Program-made: the position numbers and the translations under genes | Source: Clostridia bacterium | GTDB lineage: Bacteria > Bacillota > Clostridia > Oscillospirales > Acutalibacteraceae | Direction: 5' to 3' | DNA: 15,705 nucleotides | Assembly: GCA_017435665.1 (NCBI GenBank) | Contig: JAFSEP010000051.1 | Location: forward strand, 1-15,705 | Notes under the pieces: model-generated | Told to the model about the DNA's origin: nothing | Databases searched by the model: none | The model's input: the letters and a program-made list of their open reading frames with translations, nothing else | In this document: positions 1-6,273 of the stretch, piece by piece | Position numbering within the stretch: position 1 is the stretch's first letter | Layout: every line of letters starts with the position of its first letter

Positions 1-864
1 CAGCAGACAAGAGAGCACGTTCTTCTCGCTCGTCAGGTTGGCGTTCCTGCAATCGTTGTATTCATGAACAAGACTGACCTCGTTGATGACGAAGAACTCC
101 TCGAGCTCGTTGAAATGGAAATCCGTGAGACTCTCGATGAGTATGAATTCCCCGGCGATGACACACCCATCATCAAGGGTTCAGCTCTCAAGGCTCTCGA
201 ATATGCAGGCAGCGATGTAAACGCTCCTGAGCTTGCTCCTATCTGGGAACTCATGGCTGCTGTTGACAGCTACATTCCCACTCCTGACCGTAAGGCAGAC
301 CTTCCCTTCATCATGCCCGTTGAAGACGTATTCACAATCACAGGTCGTGGTACAGTTGCTACAGGTAGAGTTGAAAGAGGTCAGTTAAAGCTTTCAGAAG
401 AAGTTGAAATCGTTGGTCTCACAGAAGAAAAGAGAAAGACTGTTGTTACAGGTATCGAAATGTTCCACAAGCTCCTCGACTATGCAGAGGCTGGTGATAA
501 CATTGGTGCTCTTCTTCGTGGTGTTCAGAGAACAGACATCGAAAGAGGTCAGGTTCTTGCAAAGCCCGGCTCAATTCAGCCCCACACAAAGTTCCGTGGT
601 CAGGTTTACGTTTTAACAAAGGATGAAGGCGGCCGTCACACACCGTTCTTCGATAACTACAGACCCCAGTTCTATTTCCGTACAACAGACGTTACAGGTA
701 TCATCAAGCTTCCCGAAGGCGTAGAAATGTGCATGCCTGGTGATAACGTTGAAATGGACGTTGAACTTATCACTCCGATCGCTATCGAAGAAGGTCTTCG
801 TTTCGCTATCCGTGAAGGTGGTCGTACAGTTGGTTCAGGCGTTGTTATCGCTATCAACGAATAA
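1..864 (+). CDS. tuf: Elongation factor Tu, C-terminal ~287 codons (the 5' end lies left of the window)
   Basis: Frame 1 is open from base 1 ([24 protein letters not shown]..., the EF-Tu NKxD region) to TAA at 862-864. The rest reads as EF-Tu domains II/III ([36 protein letters not shown]). The ATG at 64 in the ORF track is an internal Met. Confidence 0.97.
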   Translation, partial: QQTREHVLLARQVGVPAIVVFMNKTDLVDDEELLELVEMEIRETLDEYEFPGDDTPIIKGSALKALEYAGSDVNAPELAPIWELMAAVDSYIPTPDRKADLPFIMPVEDVFTITGRGTVATGRVERGQLKLSEEVEIVGLTEEKRKTVVTGIEMFHKLLDYAEAGDNIGALLRGVQRTDIERGQVLAKPGSIQPHTKFRGQVYVLTKDEGGRHTPFFDNYRPQFYFRTTDVTGIIKLPEGVEMCMPGDNVEMDVELITPIAIEEGLRFAIREGGRTVGSGVVIAINE

Positions 865-874
865 TTTATCAATT

Positions 875-903
875 AAGAGCTTCTCGTAAGAGGAGCTCTT
901 TTT
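875..903 (+). terminator. Rho-independent terminator of tuf
   Basis: AAGAGCTTCTC (875-885), loop GTAA, GAGGAGCTCTT (890-900), one G.T pair, then TTT. It lies 11 nt after the tuf stop. Confidence 0.8.
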
Positions 904-947
904 GCAGAAGTTTAATATAAACTGAAGAAAACTCAGGAGGTCAGAAA

Positions 948-2312
948 ATGAAGTTAGTTTATAATGTTAAGGATAAGCCTAAATTCGGGCAGTTAATAGT
1001 TTTTGCATTTCAGCAGTTACTTGCCATTATGGCAGCAACTATTGCTGTTCCTGCCATCGTGGGCAACGGCATGTCTGCTTCGGCAGCACTTTTCGGCGCA
1101 GGTGTGGGCACTATTGTTTATCAGTTATTCACAAAATTCAGAAGCCCTGTATTCCTTGGCTCATCATTTGCCTTCATCGGCTCAATGCTTGCAGCATTTG
1201 CAGGCGCAACATCAATGCAGCTCGGTTATCTGGGTCTGATTATCGGTGCCCTGTTTGCAGGTCTTGTTTATGTGCTGATTGCCCTTGTGGTTAAATTTGT
1301 GGGTGTTGGCTGGATCAACAAGCTTATGCCCGCAGTTGTTATCGGCCCCACAGTTGCTCTTATCGGTCTTTCACTCGCCGGTGCAGCCATCAAGGACGTG
1401 TTTTCATACGGTCCTCAGGACAGCAACGGCTCATTCATTATGACAACAAATATTTGGGTGTCACTTATATGTGCTCTTGTTACCTTCTTTGTTGTGGTAA
1501 TCTGCTCAACATACGGAAAAAAGATGATGAAGCTTATACCCTTTATCATAGGAATTCTTGCAGGATATGCTGTAGGTCTTGTTTTCACTCTTATCGGAAA
1601 TGCTATCGGTAATGAGGCACTTATGGTTATCGACTTTGCACCCTTCAAAGCTCTTGTTGCTGACGGTGTGACACTTAAAACCTTCCTTGCACTTCCTGAT
1701 TATACATTCCTTACTGCAATTGACGGAATCAAGGATTTCGATACTTCATATCTGGCTACAATCGCAGTTGCATATGTTCCTGTTGCATTTGTTGTATTTG
1801 CTGAGCATATTGCTGACCACAAAAACCTTTCTTCAATCATCGAAAGTGACCTTCTTGAAGATCCCGGTCTCCACAGAACGCTTCTCGGTGACGGTATTGG
1901 CTCATTTGTAGGTGCATTCTTCGGCGGCTGTCCCAATACAACCTACGGTGAATCTGTTGGTTGCGTTGCTATCACGAAGAACGCTTCCGTTGCAACAATC
2001 ACAACAACAGCTATTATCAGTATGCTTATCGCATTCGTTTCGCCCTTTGTCGCCTTCCTTGATTCAATCCCCGGCTGTGTAATGGGCGGTGTTTGTATCA
2101 CTCTTTATGGTTTCATCGCTGTCAGCGGTCTGAAGATGATACAGAAGGTTGATCTTGAGGATAACGCAAATCTGTTTACAACTTCGGTAATTCTTATCAC
2201 AGGTATCGGCGGTATGGCTCTTGCAATCGGCAAGGTTACAATCACAGCTATCGCTTGTGCGCTTATTCTCGGCATAATCACAAATATTGTTCTTACAAAG
2301 AAAAAGGCATAA
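948..2312 (+). CDS. uraA: NCS2-family nucleobase:cation symporter, uracil permease-like (UraA/PyrP type)
   Basis: 454-aa polytopic membrane protein. From memory it is collinear with B. subtilis PyrP / E. coli UraA (LGSSFAFIG; AEHIADH...DPGLHRTLLGDGIGSFVGAFFGGCPNTTYGESVGCVAITK). RBS AGGAGG at 934-939. Confidence 0.88.
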   Translation: MKLVYNVKDKPKFGQLIVFAFQQLLAIMAATIAVPAIVGNGMSASAALFGAGVGTIVYQLFTKFRSPVFLGSSFAFIGSMLAAFAGATSMQLGYLGLIIGALFAGLVYVLIALVVKFVGVGWINKLMPAVVIGPTVALIGLSLAGAAIKDVFSYGPQDSNGSFIMTTNIWVSLICALVTFFVVVICSTYGKKMMKLIPFIIGILAGYAVGLVFTLIGNAIGNEALMVIDFAPFKALVADGVTLKTFLALPDYTFLTAIDGIKDFDTSYLATIAVAYVPVAFVVFAEHIADHKNLSSIIESDLLEDPGLHRTLLGDGIGSFVGAFFGGCPNTTYGESVGCVAITKNASVATITTTAIISMLIAFVSPFVAFLDSIPGCVMGGVCITLYGFIAVSGLKMIQKVDLEDNANLFTTSVILITGIGGMALAIGKVTITAIACALILGIITNIVLTKKKA

Positions 2313-2333
2313 TTCTTAAACAAATCTTATATT

Positions 2334-2385
2334 GCCTCCCTTGGGATGCCTCTTTATGAAGGTCGCTCAAGGGAGGCGTTTTTTA
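2334..2385 (+). terminator. Probable terminator of the permease gene
   Basis: Perfect 10-bp stem GCCTCCCTTG (2334-2343) / CAAGGGAGGC (2368-2377) followed by GTTTTTTATT. The loop is long (24 nt). Confidence 0.65.
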
Positions 2386-2391
2386 TTAAGG

Positions 2392-2495
2392 CTTCCCCTC
2401 AGGGGGAGCTGGATTTGACGAAGTCAAATACTGAGGGGGTGTACCGCCCGCAGTCGTGGGCGGTGTGCGGCGAAGCCGCACAGATAAACCGAAGT
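2392..2495. repeat. GC-rich structured intergenic element. A two-tier hairpin is followed by REP-like double hairpin copy A.
   Basis: CCCCTCAG (2395-2402) pairs with CTGAGGGG (2431-2438) and encloses ATTTGAC-GAA-GTCAAAT (2413-2429). Two further hairpins follow: ACCGCCC...GGGCGGT and GTGCGGC-GAA-GCCGCAC. Bases 2442-2494 are the reverse complement of 9733-9785 (49 of 53 positions by hand alignment). Confidence 0.8.
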
Positions 2496-2572
2496 TATAG
2501 CATACTATGAATAAAGCTGTATTTTTTACCCTGATCAGGCAAATACTAATAAAAAACTCAGGAGATGAAAAT

Positions 2573-3562
2573 ATGCTGAAATTTGCCCTTTTTGATGCAA
2601 GAGAATATGACCGACCTGCATTTGAACGTTGCAGCGAAAAATACGGTTTTGCCCTGAAATTTTTTGAAACAAAGCTGAACGAGGATACAGTTACTCTTGC
2701 AAACGGCTTCGACGGAGTAATTGTCTTTGTAAATGACACTGTCAACAAAGAAGTAATTGATAAGCTGACAGAATACGGTGTAAAAATAATCGCACTCAGG
2801 TGTGCAGGCTTTAACAATGTGGACCTGAAATCAGCCAAAAACAGAATAACGGTAGTTCGAGTACCTGCCTATTCGCCTCAGGCTATTGCCGAGCATACCA
2901 TGGCATTGCTTCTGTCGGCTGTAAGGAAAATTCACAAGGCATATATAAGAACAAGGAGCTTCAATTTCAGCATCAATGAGTTCACAGGCTTCGAGCTTCA
3001 GGGAAAAACCGTAGGAATTATCGGTACCGGCAGAATCGGCAGGGCATTTATAGAAATCTGCAGGGGCTTTGGCATGCAGGTGGTTTGCTATGATCCGCAC
3101 CCCGATGAAAACGGTAAATATAACTATGTCCCCCTTGAAACAATCTTTTCGGGGTCGGATATAATCTCTCTTCATTGTCCGCTGACAGCTGAAAATAAGC
3201 ATATAATAAATCGTGAAACGATTAGCAAAATGAAAAACGGAGCTATAATTCTGAATACCTCCAGAGGTCAGCTTATCGACACCCAGGCACTTATTGAGGG
3301 AATAAGAAGCGAAAAAATCGGTGCGGCGTGTCTCGATGTCTATGAGGAGGAATCAGATGTATTTTTTGAGGATCATTCCTCAGTTATCATCCGTGACGAT
3401 ACTCTGCTGAGGCTTATTTCCTTGCCTAATGTTATTGTAACCTCACACCAGGCTTTTCTTACAAGAGAAGCCCTGAACAGCATTGCCGAAACCACAAGCG
3501 AAAACCTGAGGTGCTTTTTTGGCGGAAAAACGCAGAACGAGGTCGAATACAGGGAACAATAA
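2573..3562 (+). CDS. ldhA: D-lactate dehydrogenase / D-isomer-specific 2-hydroxyacid dehydrogenase
   Basis: 329 aa, collinear with E. coli LdhA from memory (MLKFALFDAREYD...; IALRCAGFNNVDL; VVRVPAYSPQAIAEH; GIIGTGRIG; SLHCPLT; NTSRG; TSHQAFLT). I chose ATG 2573 (GGAG at 2561-2564) over the ORF-track ATG 2507, because LdhA homologues begin at MK(L/F)A. Confidence 0.93.
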   Translation: MLKFALFDAREYDRPAFERCSEKYGFALKFFETKLNEDTVTLANGFDGVIVFVNDTVNKEVIDKLTEYGVKIIALRCAGFNNVDLKSAKNRITVVRVPAYSPQAIAEHTMALLLSAVRKIHKAYIRTRSFNFSINEFTGFELQGKTVGIIGTGRIGRAFIEICRGFGMQVVCYDPHPDENGKYNYVPLETIFSGSDIISLHCPLTAENKHIINRETISKMKNGAIILNTSRGQLIDTQALIEGIRSEKIGAACLDVYEEESDVFFEDHSSVIIRDDTLLRLISLPNVIVTSHQAFLTREALNSIAETTSENLRCFFGGKTQNEVEYREQ

Positions 3563-3582
3563 AAAAATTTTTGTTAAATGGC

Positions 3583-3611
3583 TTGACAAAAAGGAAAAAC
3601 GCTCCTATAAT
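3583..3611 (+). promoter_or_regulatory. Sigma-A type promoter with perfect consensus hexamers
   Basis: TTGACA (3583-3588), 17-nt spacer, TATAAT (3606-3611). It lies 21 nt after the ldhA stop and 55 nt upstream of the next start codon. Confidence 0.75.
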
Positions 3612-3621
3612 TGAATTATAG

Positions 3622-3635
3622 AGAACATTTGTTCG
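3622..3635. promoter_or_regulatory. LexA (DinR) operator, Cheo box
   Basis: AGAACATTTGTTCG matches the Firmicute consensus CGAAC-N4-GTTCG at 12 of 14 positions (both GAAC/GTTC arms intact). It sits about +4 to +17 from the predicted TSS. A weaker overlapping half-site, CGAACAAACGTAAT, lies at 3634-3647. Confidence 0.6.
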
Positions 3636-3665
3636 AACAAACGTAATAAAAAAGGAGTGAAAAAA

Positions 3666-4295
3666 TTGTTCTACACATCAAAATCAATCGCATACTATGA
3701 CAGTATGCCCAAAGAAAAGGACTTCGATATTGACGAGGCCTGCAGTGTGTTTTTCAATTGGAAGGATGCAACCATTGAAAATGCCAAAGAATATGAAAAC
3801 AGAATCAGGAAGTTAAAATTGTTAAAAGTAATGAAGTCTATTATGGATAATGAGCTGACACCGACTCAGAAAGACATAGTAAGACTTCATTATTTTGAAA
3901 ATAAGAACGGCGAAGAAATTGCCGGAATGTACGGGATAAACCGTTCAACAGTCAGCAGAATGCTCAGTAAAACAGAAAGCATAATAAGGGAGCATATGAA
4001 GTATGTATTTGAGTACTCTGAGCTTGACCTGAGTGAAGAAGCACCGCCCGTAACAGTGGCAAGAGCGATTGCCTTCATAACTGCAGACAGCGCAAAGGCG
4101 GACAGCATAGGAAAGCGCATACGGAAAGCAAGAGAATCAAAGCTGCTTACACAGGAGCAGGTTGCAGCAGCAACAGGCATGACGGCGCAACGACTGGAGA
4201 TGATTGAAAAAAGTGGAAATTTGACAGTTCAGGAATTGATGAAGCTGATATTTTTCTTTTCCGTCAGCGCTGACTATATTATATACGGCGTGTGA
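3666..4295 (+). CDS. Dual-HTH DNA-binding protein: a sigma-70 region-4-like HTH fused to a C-terminal XRE-family HTH
   Basis: The segment LTPTQKDIVRLHYFENKNGEEIAGMYGINRSTVSRMLSKTESIIREHM looks like sigma70_r4 / YlxM-type HTH. The segment IGKRIRKARESKLLTQEQVAAATGMTAQRLEMIEKSGNLTVQELMKLIFFFSVSADYIIYG looks like HTH_3 (XRE). The start is uncertain. TTG 3666 lies 8 nt after AAAGGAG (3651-3657). The ORF-track GTG 3657 overlaps that RBS. ATG 3705 has no RBS. Confidence 0.7.
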   Translation: MFYTSKSIAYYDSMPKEKDFDIDEACSVFFNWKDATIENAKEYENRIRKLKLLKVMKSIMDNELTPTQKDIVRLHYFENKNGEEIAGMYGINRSTVSRMLSKTESIIREHMKYVFEYSELDLSEEAPPVTVARAIAFITADSAKADSIGKRIRKARESKLLTQEQVAAATGMTAQRLEMIEKSGNLTVQELMKLIFFFSVSADYIIYGV

Positions 4296-4309
4296 GGGAG
4301 GAGAGAAAA

Positions 4310-4522
4310 ATGAGTGATCTTAGAAATCTCAGAGATACATATGCCGACTGCATCGAAAGGCAGAAGCAGGTAATTTCAATTAACCGGGCAAAGCTGAACC
4401 TGGCTGTTAAAAGCTGTAATTTTGAGGAAATGAGGCGTCTCAGACGGGTGCTTAATGTTTTATACGATGAGCAGGCAGAGCTTGAATACCTGTATAAATG
4501 TCTGGGGAAATATGTGGGGTAA
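4310..4522 (+). CDS. Small (70 aa) predicted all-helical protein, hypothetical, in an operon with the dual-HTH gene
   Basis: ATG 4310 is preceded by GGGAGGAG (4296-4303), which begins 1 nt after the upstream TGA (4293-4295). The heptad-like charged sequence has no family I recognise. The ORF-track GTG 4292 overlaps the upstream stop and lacks an RBS. Confidence 0.6.
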   Translation: MSDLRNLRDTYADCIERQKQVISINRAKLNLAVKSCNFEEMRRLRRVLNVLYDEQAELEYLYKCLGKYVG

Positions 4523-4526
4523 ATGA

Positions 4527-4552
4527 AACCGGGAGCCGAAAGGCTCCCGGTT
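4527..4552. terminator. Bidirectional terminator between convergent genes
   Basis: AACCGGGAGCC (4527-4537), loop GAAA, GGCTCCCGGTT (4542-4552): a perfect 11-bp stem. GTTGTTGTTT follows on the plus strand. Confidence 0.8.
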
Positions 4553-4557
4553 GTTGT

Positions 4558-5106
4558 TTAATAAATATCTACTTTATCACACTTCCCCTTAACAAACTCC
4601 GAAAAGCTCTCATACTGTTCCTTTGACTCAAAGCAATTCAGGGGGAGTACGTATGCAAGAAGGTTGTTGATGTGAATGTATATAACCTTGCCGTCAACAA
4701 AGCTGATTCGTTCTATCGCCGAATACCTCTGCTCGGTTTTGTTGTCGGGGGTTATTTCGGTGAAGCAATCCTCATAAAATTCCATAACGGAATCGGGTGA
4801 ATAGCAGGGCTTTCCGCTTTTCTTCATCATTTTAAGCTGTCCCTTCAGCGACCATGCAAGAAAACGCTTGCAGACAGCCTGCATTATAATATAGAGAATT
4901 GCCAGAGGAATAACCGCAGTCAGCAGATACTCTGCAGAGAGGCCACCGACAATCAGAGAAAGCAGAACAGATGCCCCGAAAAGAACGGTAAGTGAAATCC
5001 TGAGATTTCTCAGCTGTTTTTTACCGTAAGGAGAACGTATAAGCTGAAATTTGTTGTATTCCAGATAATCCTCATCGGTCATTATTACATTAAATCGGTA
5101 TTTCAT
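4558..5106 (-). CDS. YcxB-like membrane protein (two central TM helices)
   Basis: 182 aa. The N-terminus MTDEDYLEYNKFQL, the central hydrophobic pair and the C-terminal ISFVDGKVIYIHINNLLAYVLPLNCFESKEQYESFSEFV fit the YcxB family pattern as I remember it. RBS AAGGAG is 8 nt upstream of ATG 5106. Confidence 0.6.
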   Translation of the reverse strand: MKYRFNVIMTDEDYLEYNKFQLIRSPYGKKQLRNLRISLTVLFGASVLLSLIVGGLSAEYLLTAVIPLAILYIIMQAVCKRFLAWSLKGQLKMMKKSGKPCYSPDSVMEFYEDCFTEITPDNKTEQRYSAIERISFVDGKVIYIHINNLLAYVLPLNCFESKEQYESFSEFVKGKCDKVDIY

Positions 5107-5333
5107 ATTATCACTCCTTGGGGGGATTATAGCATAAACTTAGAAATAAATCAATGCGAAGCATTGTATATCATCAATACCGAAGGAATTGTATATCATC
5201 AAAACTTTTGTTTTGTATATCATCAAGCCGACAGAAATGCACACTTCGTGTGATGATATACGCCTTAGGCGATGATATACACGACTGCGTCGTGATGATA
5301 TACCAAGCCTGTCGGCTTGGATAAAAAAAGAAC
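5104..5333. repeat. Complex repeat module, copy 1 (promoter and 5' UTR plus a 3+3 box array with interleaved hairpins)
   Basis: Homologous to 5744-5993. GTATATCATCA boxes lie at 5166-5176, 5191-5201 and 5215-5225. TGATGATATAC boxes lie at 5251-5261, 5270-5280 (first base C) and 5293-5303. Flanking hairpins are AATGC-GAA-GCATT (5153-5165) and CCAAGCC-TGTC-GGCTTGG (5303-5320). Every inter-box spacer is self-complementary. Confidence 0.9.
5126..5154 (-). promoter_or_regulatory. Promoter of the YcxB-like gene (inside repeat copy 1)
   Basis: The minus strand reads TTGATT (5154-5149), 17-nt spacer, TGC-TATAAT (extended -10; TATAAT = 5131-5126). CCCCCCAAGGAG and the ATG follow. Confidence 0.65.
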
Positions 5334-5356
5334 TGGGCGAAAACCGAGGATTTTCC

Positions 5357-5746
5357 TTACTTTTTATCAAAATACTGCTTGTATTCCCATTCTTGCATTA
5401 ACATTTTTAACGCCTCATCCTCTGTGCCAAAAAAGGAATATGCAAACGAGCGATCCATTGGGTTCCACCAAGCAGGAATGGCATTTTCTTGGTTGCAAAT
5501 ATACATCCACTCTTCTTCATCAAAAACACATAATTCCTCATATGTATATTTGTAATATCCGTTAACATTTTTTAAAAGAATAAATCTTTTTGTTTTTTCT
5601 TCATTGTAAATAACTCTTATCACTTGCATATCTTCTGAAAAAGATAAACTTTTATCAAACATCATTTCAACAATTTCAGAAAAAGGGGGTATTGGAGGGA
5701 CATTAGCTTTTATCTTTTTATTGAATATTTTTGAAAACAAGTTCAC
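5357..5746 (-). CDS. Hypothetical cytoplasmic protein (129 aa), strongly AT-rich gene
   Basis: GTG start at 5746 with AAGGCGG upstream. There is no TM segment or signal peptide and no motif I recognise. It is rich in W/Y/E (EEWMYICNQENAIPAWWNP). Its composition is visibly more AT-rich than the flanking core genes. Confidence 0.55.
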   Translation of the reverse strand: MNLFSKIFNKKIKANVPPIPPFSEIVEMMFDKSLSFSEDMQVIRVIYNEEKTKRFILLKNVNGYYKYTYEELCVFDEEEWMYICNQENAIPAWWNPMDRSFAYSFFGTEDEALKMLMQEWEYKQYFDKK

Positions 5747-5993
5747 TATATCACCGCCTTGAGTGTATTATAGCATAAAAGCGAAAACAAATCAATGCGA
5801 AGCATTGTATATCATCAGTTCCGAAGGAATTGCATATCATCAACTTCGTAAGAAGTTGTATATCATCAAGCCGACGGTTTTTTATGCACACCTAAAGGTG
5901 TGATGAGATACAAATGCGACTTGTCGCATTTGATGATATACACGTTATTGCGTGATGATATACCAAGCCTGTCGGCTTGGATAAAAAAAGAAC
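5744..5993. repeat. Complex repeat module, copy 2
   Basis: Boxes lie at 5807-5817, 5832-5842 (GCATATCATCA), 5858-5868, 5901-5911 (TGATGAGATAC), 5931-5941 and 5953-5963. The flanking hairpins and the right end ...CCAAGCCTGTCGGCTTGGATAAAAAAAGAAC are identical to copy 1. The spacers differ in sequence but are again hairpins. Confidence 0.9.
5767..5795 (-). promoter_or_regulatory. Promoter of the 129-aa ORF (inside repeat copy 2)
   Basis: The minus strand reads TTGATT (5795-5790), 17-nt spacer, TGC-TATAAT (TATAAT = 5772-5767). The geometry is the same as in copy 1. Confidence 0.65.
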
Positions 5994-6016
5994 GAAGCGA
6001 TTGCTTCGTTCTTTTT
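5983..6016 (-). terminator. Terminator of tRNA-Thr (the hairpin is symmetric, so it could act in both directions)
   Basis: GAACGAAGC (5990-5998), loop GATT, GCTTCGTTC (6003-6011), flanked by an A-tract on one side and a T-tract on the other. It starts directly after the tRNA CCA end. Confidence 0.8.
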
Positions 6017-6092
<76 letters not shown>

Positions 6093-6113
6093 GTATAAAA
6101 TTTATGCTTGATT

Positions 6114-6142
6114 ATTATACATATTTATTATATAAATGTCAA
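6114..6142 (-). promoter_or_regulatory. Promoter of tRNA-Thr with perfect consensus hexamers
   Basis: The minus strand reads TTGACA (6142-6137), 17-nt spacer, TATAAT (6119-6114). The -10 ends 21 nt upstream of the mature tRNA 5' end. Confidence 0.7.
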
Positions 6143-6211
6143 GTGTTTTTAATGCAAAATCGGCATATCTGCTGTGGGCATTATTATAAACAGGGGCTTT
6201 GTGCCGAAAAC

Positions 6212-6240
6212 TTGCAATATGACAAAACATAGTGTATAAT
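6212..6240 (+). promoter_or_regulatory. Promoter of the LRR protein gene
   Basis: TTGCAA (6212-6217), 17-nt spacer, TATAAT (6235-6240). An RBS-like AGAGGAAAG lies upstream of ATG 6274. Confidence 0.6.
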
Positions 6241-6273
6241 CATATTATAATATCCTGACAAAGAGGAAAGAAT

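Noticed and set aside
865-947. A PyrR-binding attenuator or purine/pyrimidine riboswitch upstream of the uracil permease.
   Set aside because: The only structure is the tuf terminator hairpin. I cannot find the PyrR loop motif (UCCAGAGAGG-like) or an anti-terminator alternative, and 45 nt is too short for a riboswitch.
2386-2838. A 150-aa minus-strand ORF, and the N-terminal extensions of the ldhA ORF (2507) and the PI-PLC ORF (9695).
   Set aside because: They are open only because they read through GC-rich palindromic repeats or intergenic DNA (giving the peptide GLSVRLRRTPPT...). They overlap better-supported genes and promoters, and they lack an RBS. The internal ATGs 2573 and 9872 have an RBS and give homologue-like N-termini.
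5166-5303. An invertible (phase-variable) promoter flanked by the GTATATCATCA / TGATGATATAC inverted repeats.
   Set aside because: The only good promoter (5126-5154) lies outside the inverted repeats. The segment between them has no promoter-like hexamers and is nearly symmetric, so inversion would change little. No invertase gene is nearby. I kept this only as a remote alternative.
5251-5303. GTGATGA within the boxes resembles the box C (RUGAUGA) / kink-turn motif of C/D RNAs.
   Set aside because: There is no matching box D (CUGA) in the right geometry. C/D sRNAs are archaeal or eukaryotic, and a 7-mer match is expected by chance.
5166-5963. The regularly spaced 11-bp boxes could be read as two mini CRISPR arrays.
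   Set aside because: The repeats are only 11 bp and the spacers 8-20 bp. Half the repeats are inverted, the spacers are self-complementary, and no cas genes or leader are present. The geometry does not fit any CRISPR type.
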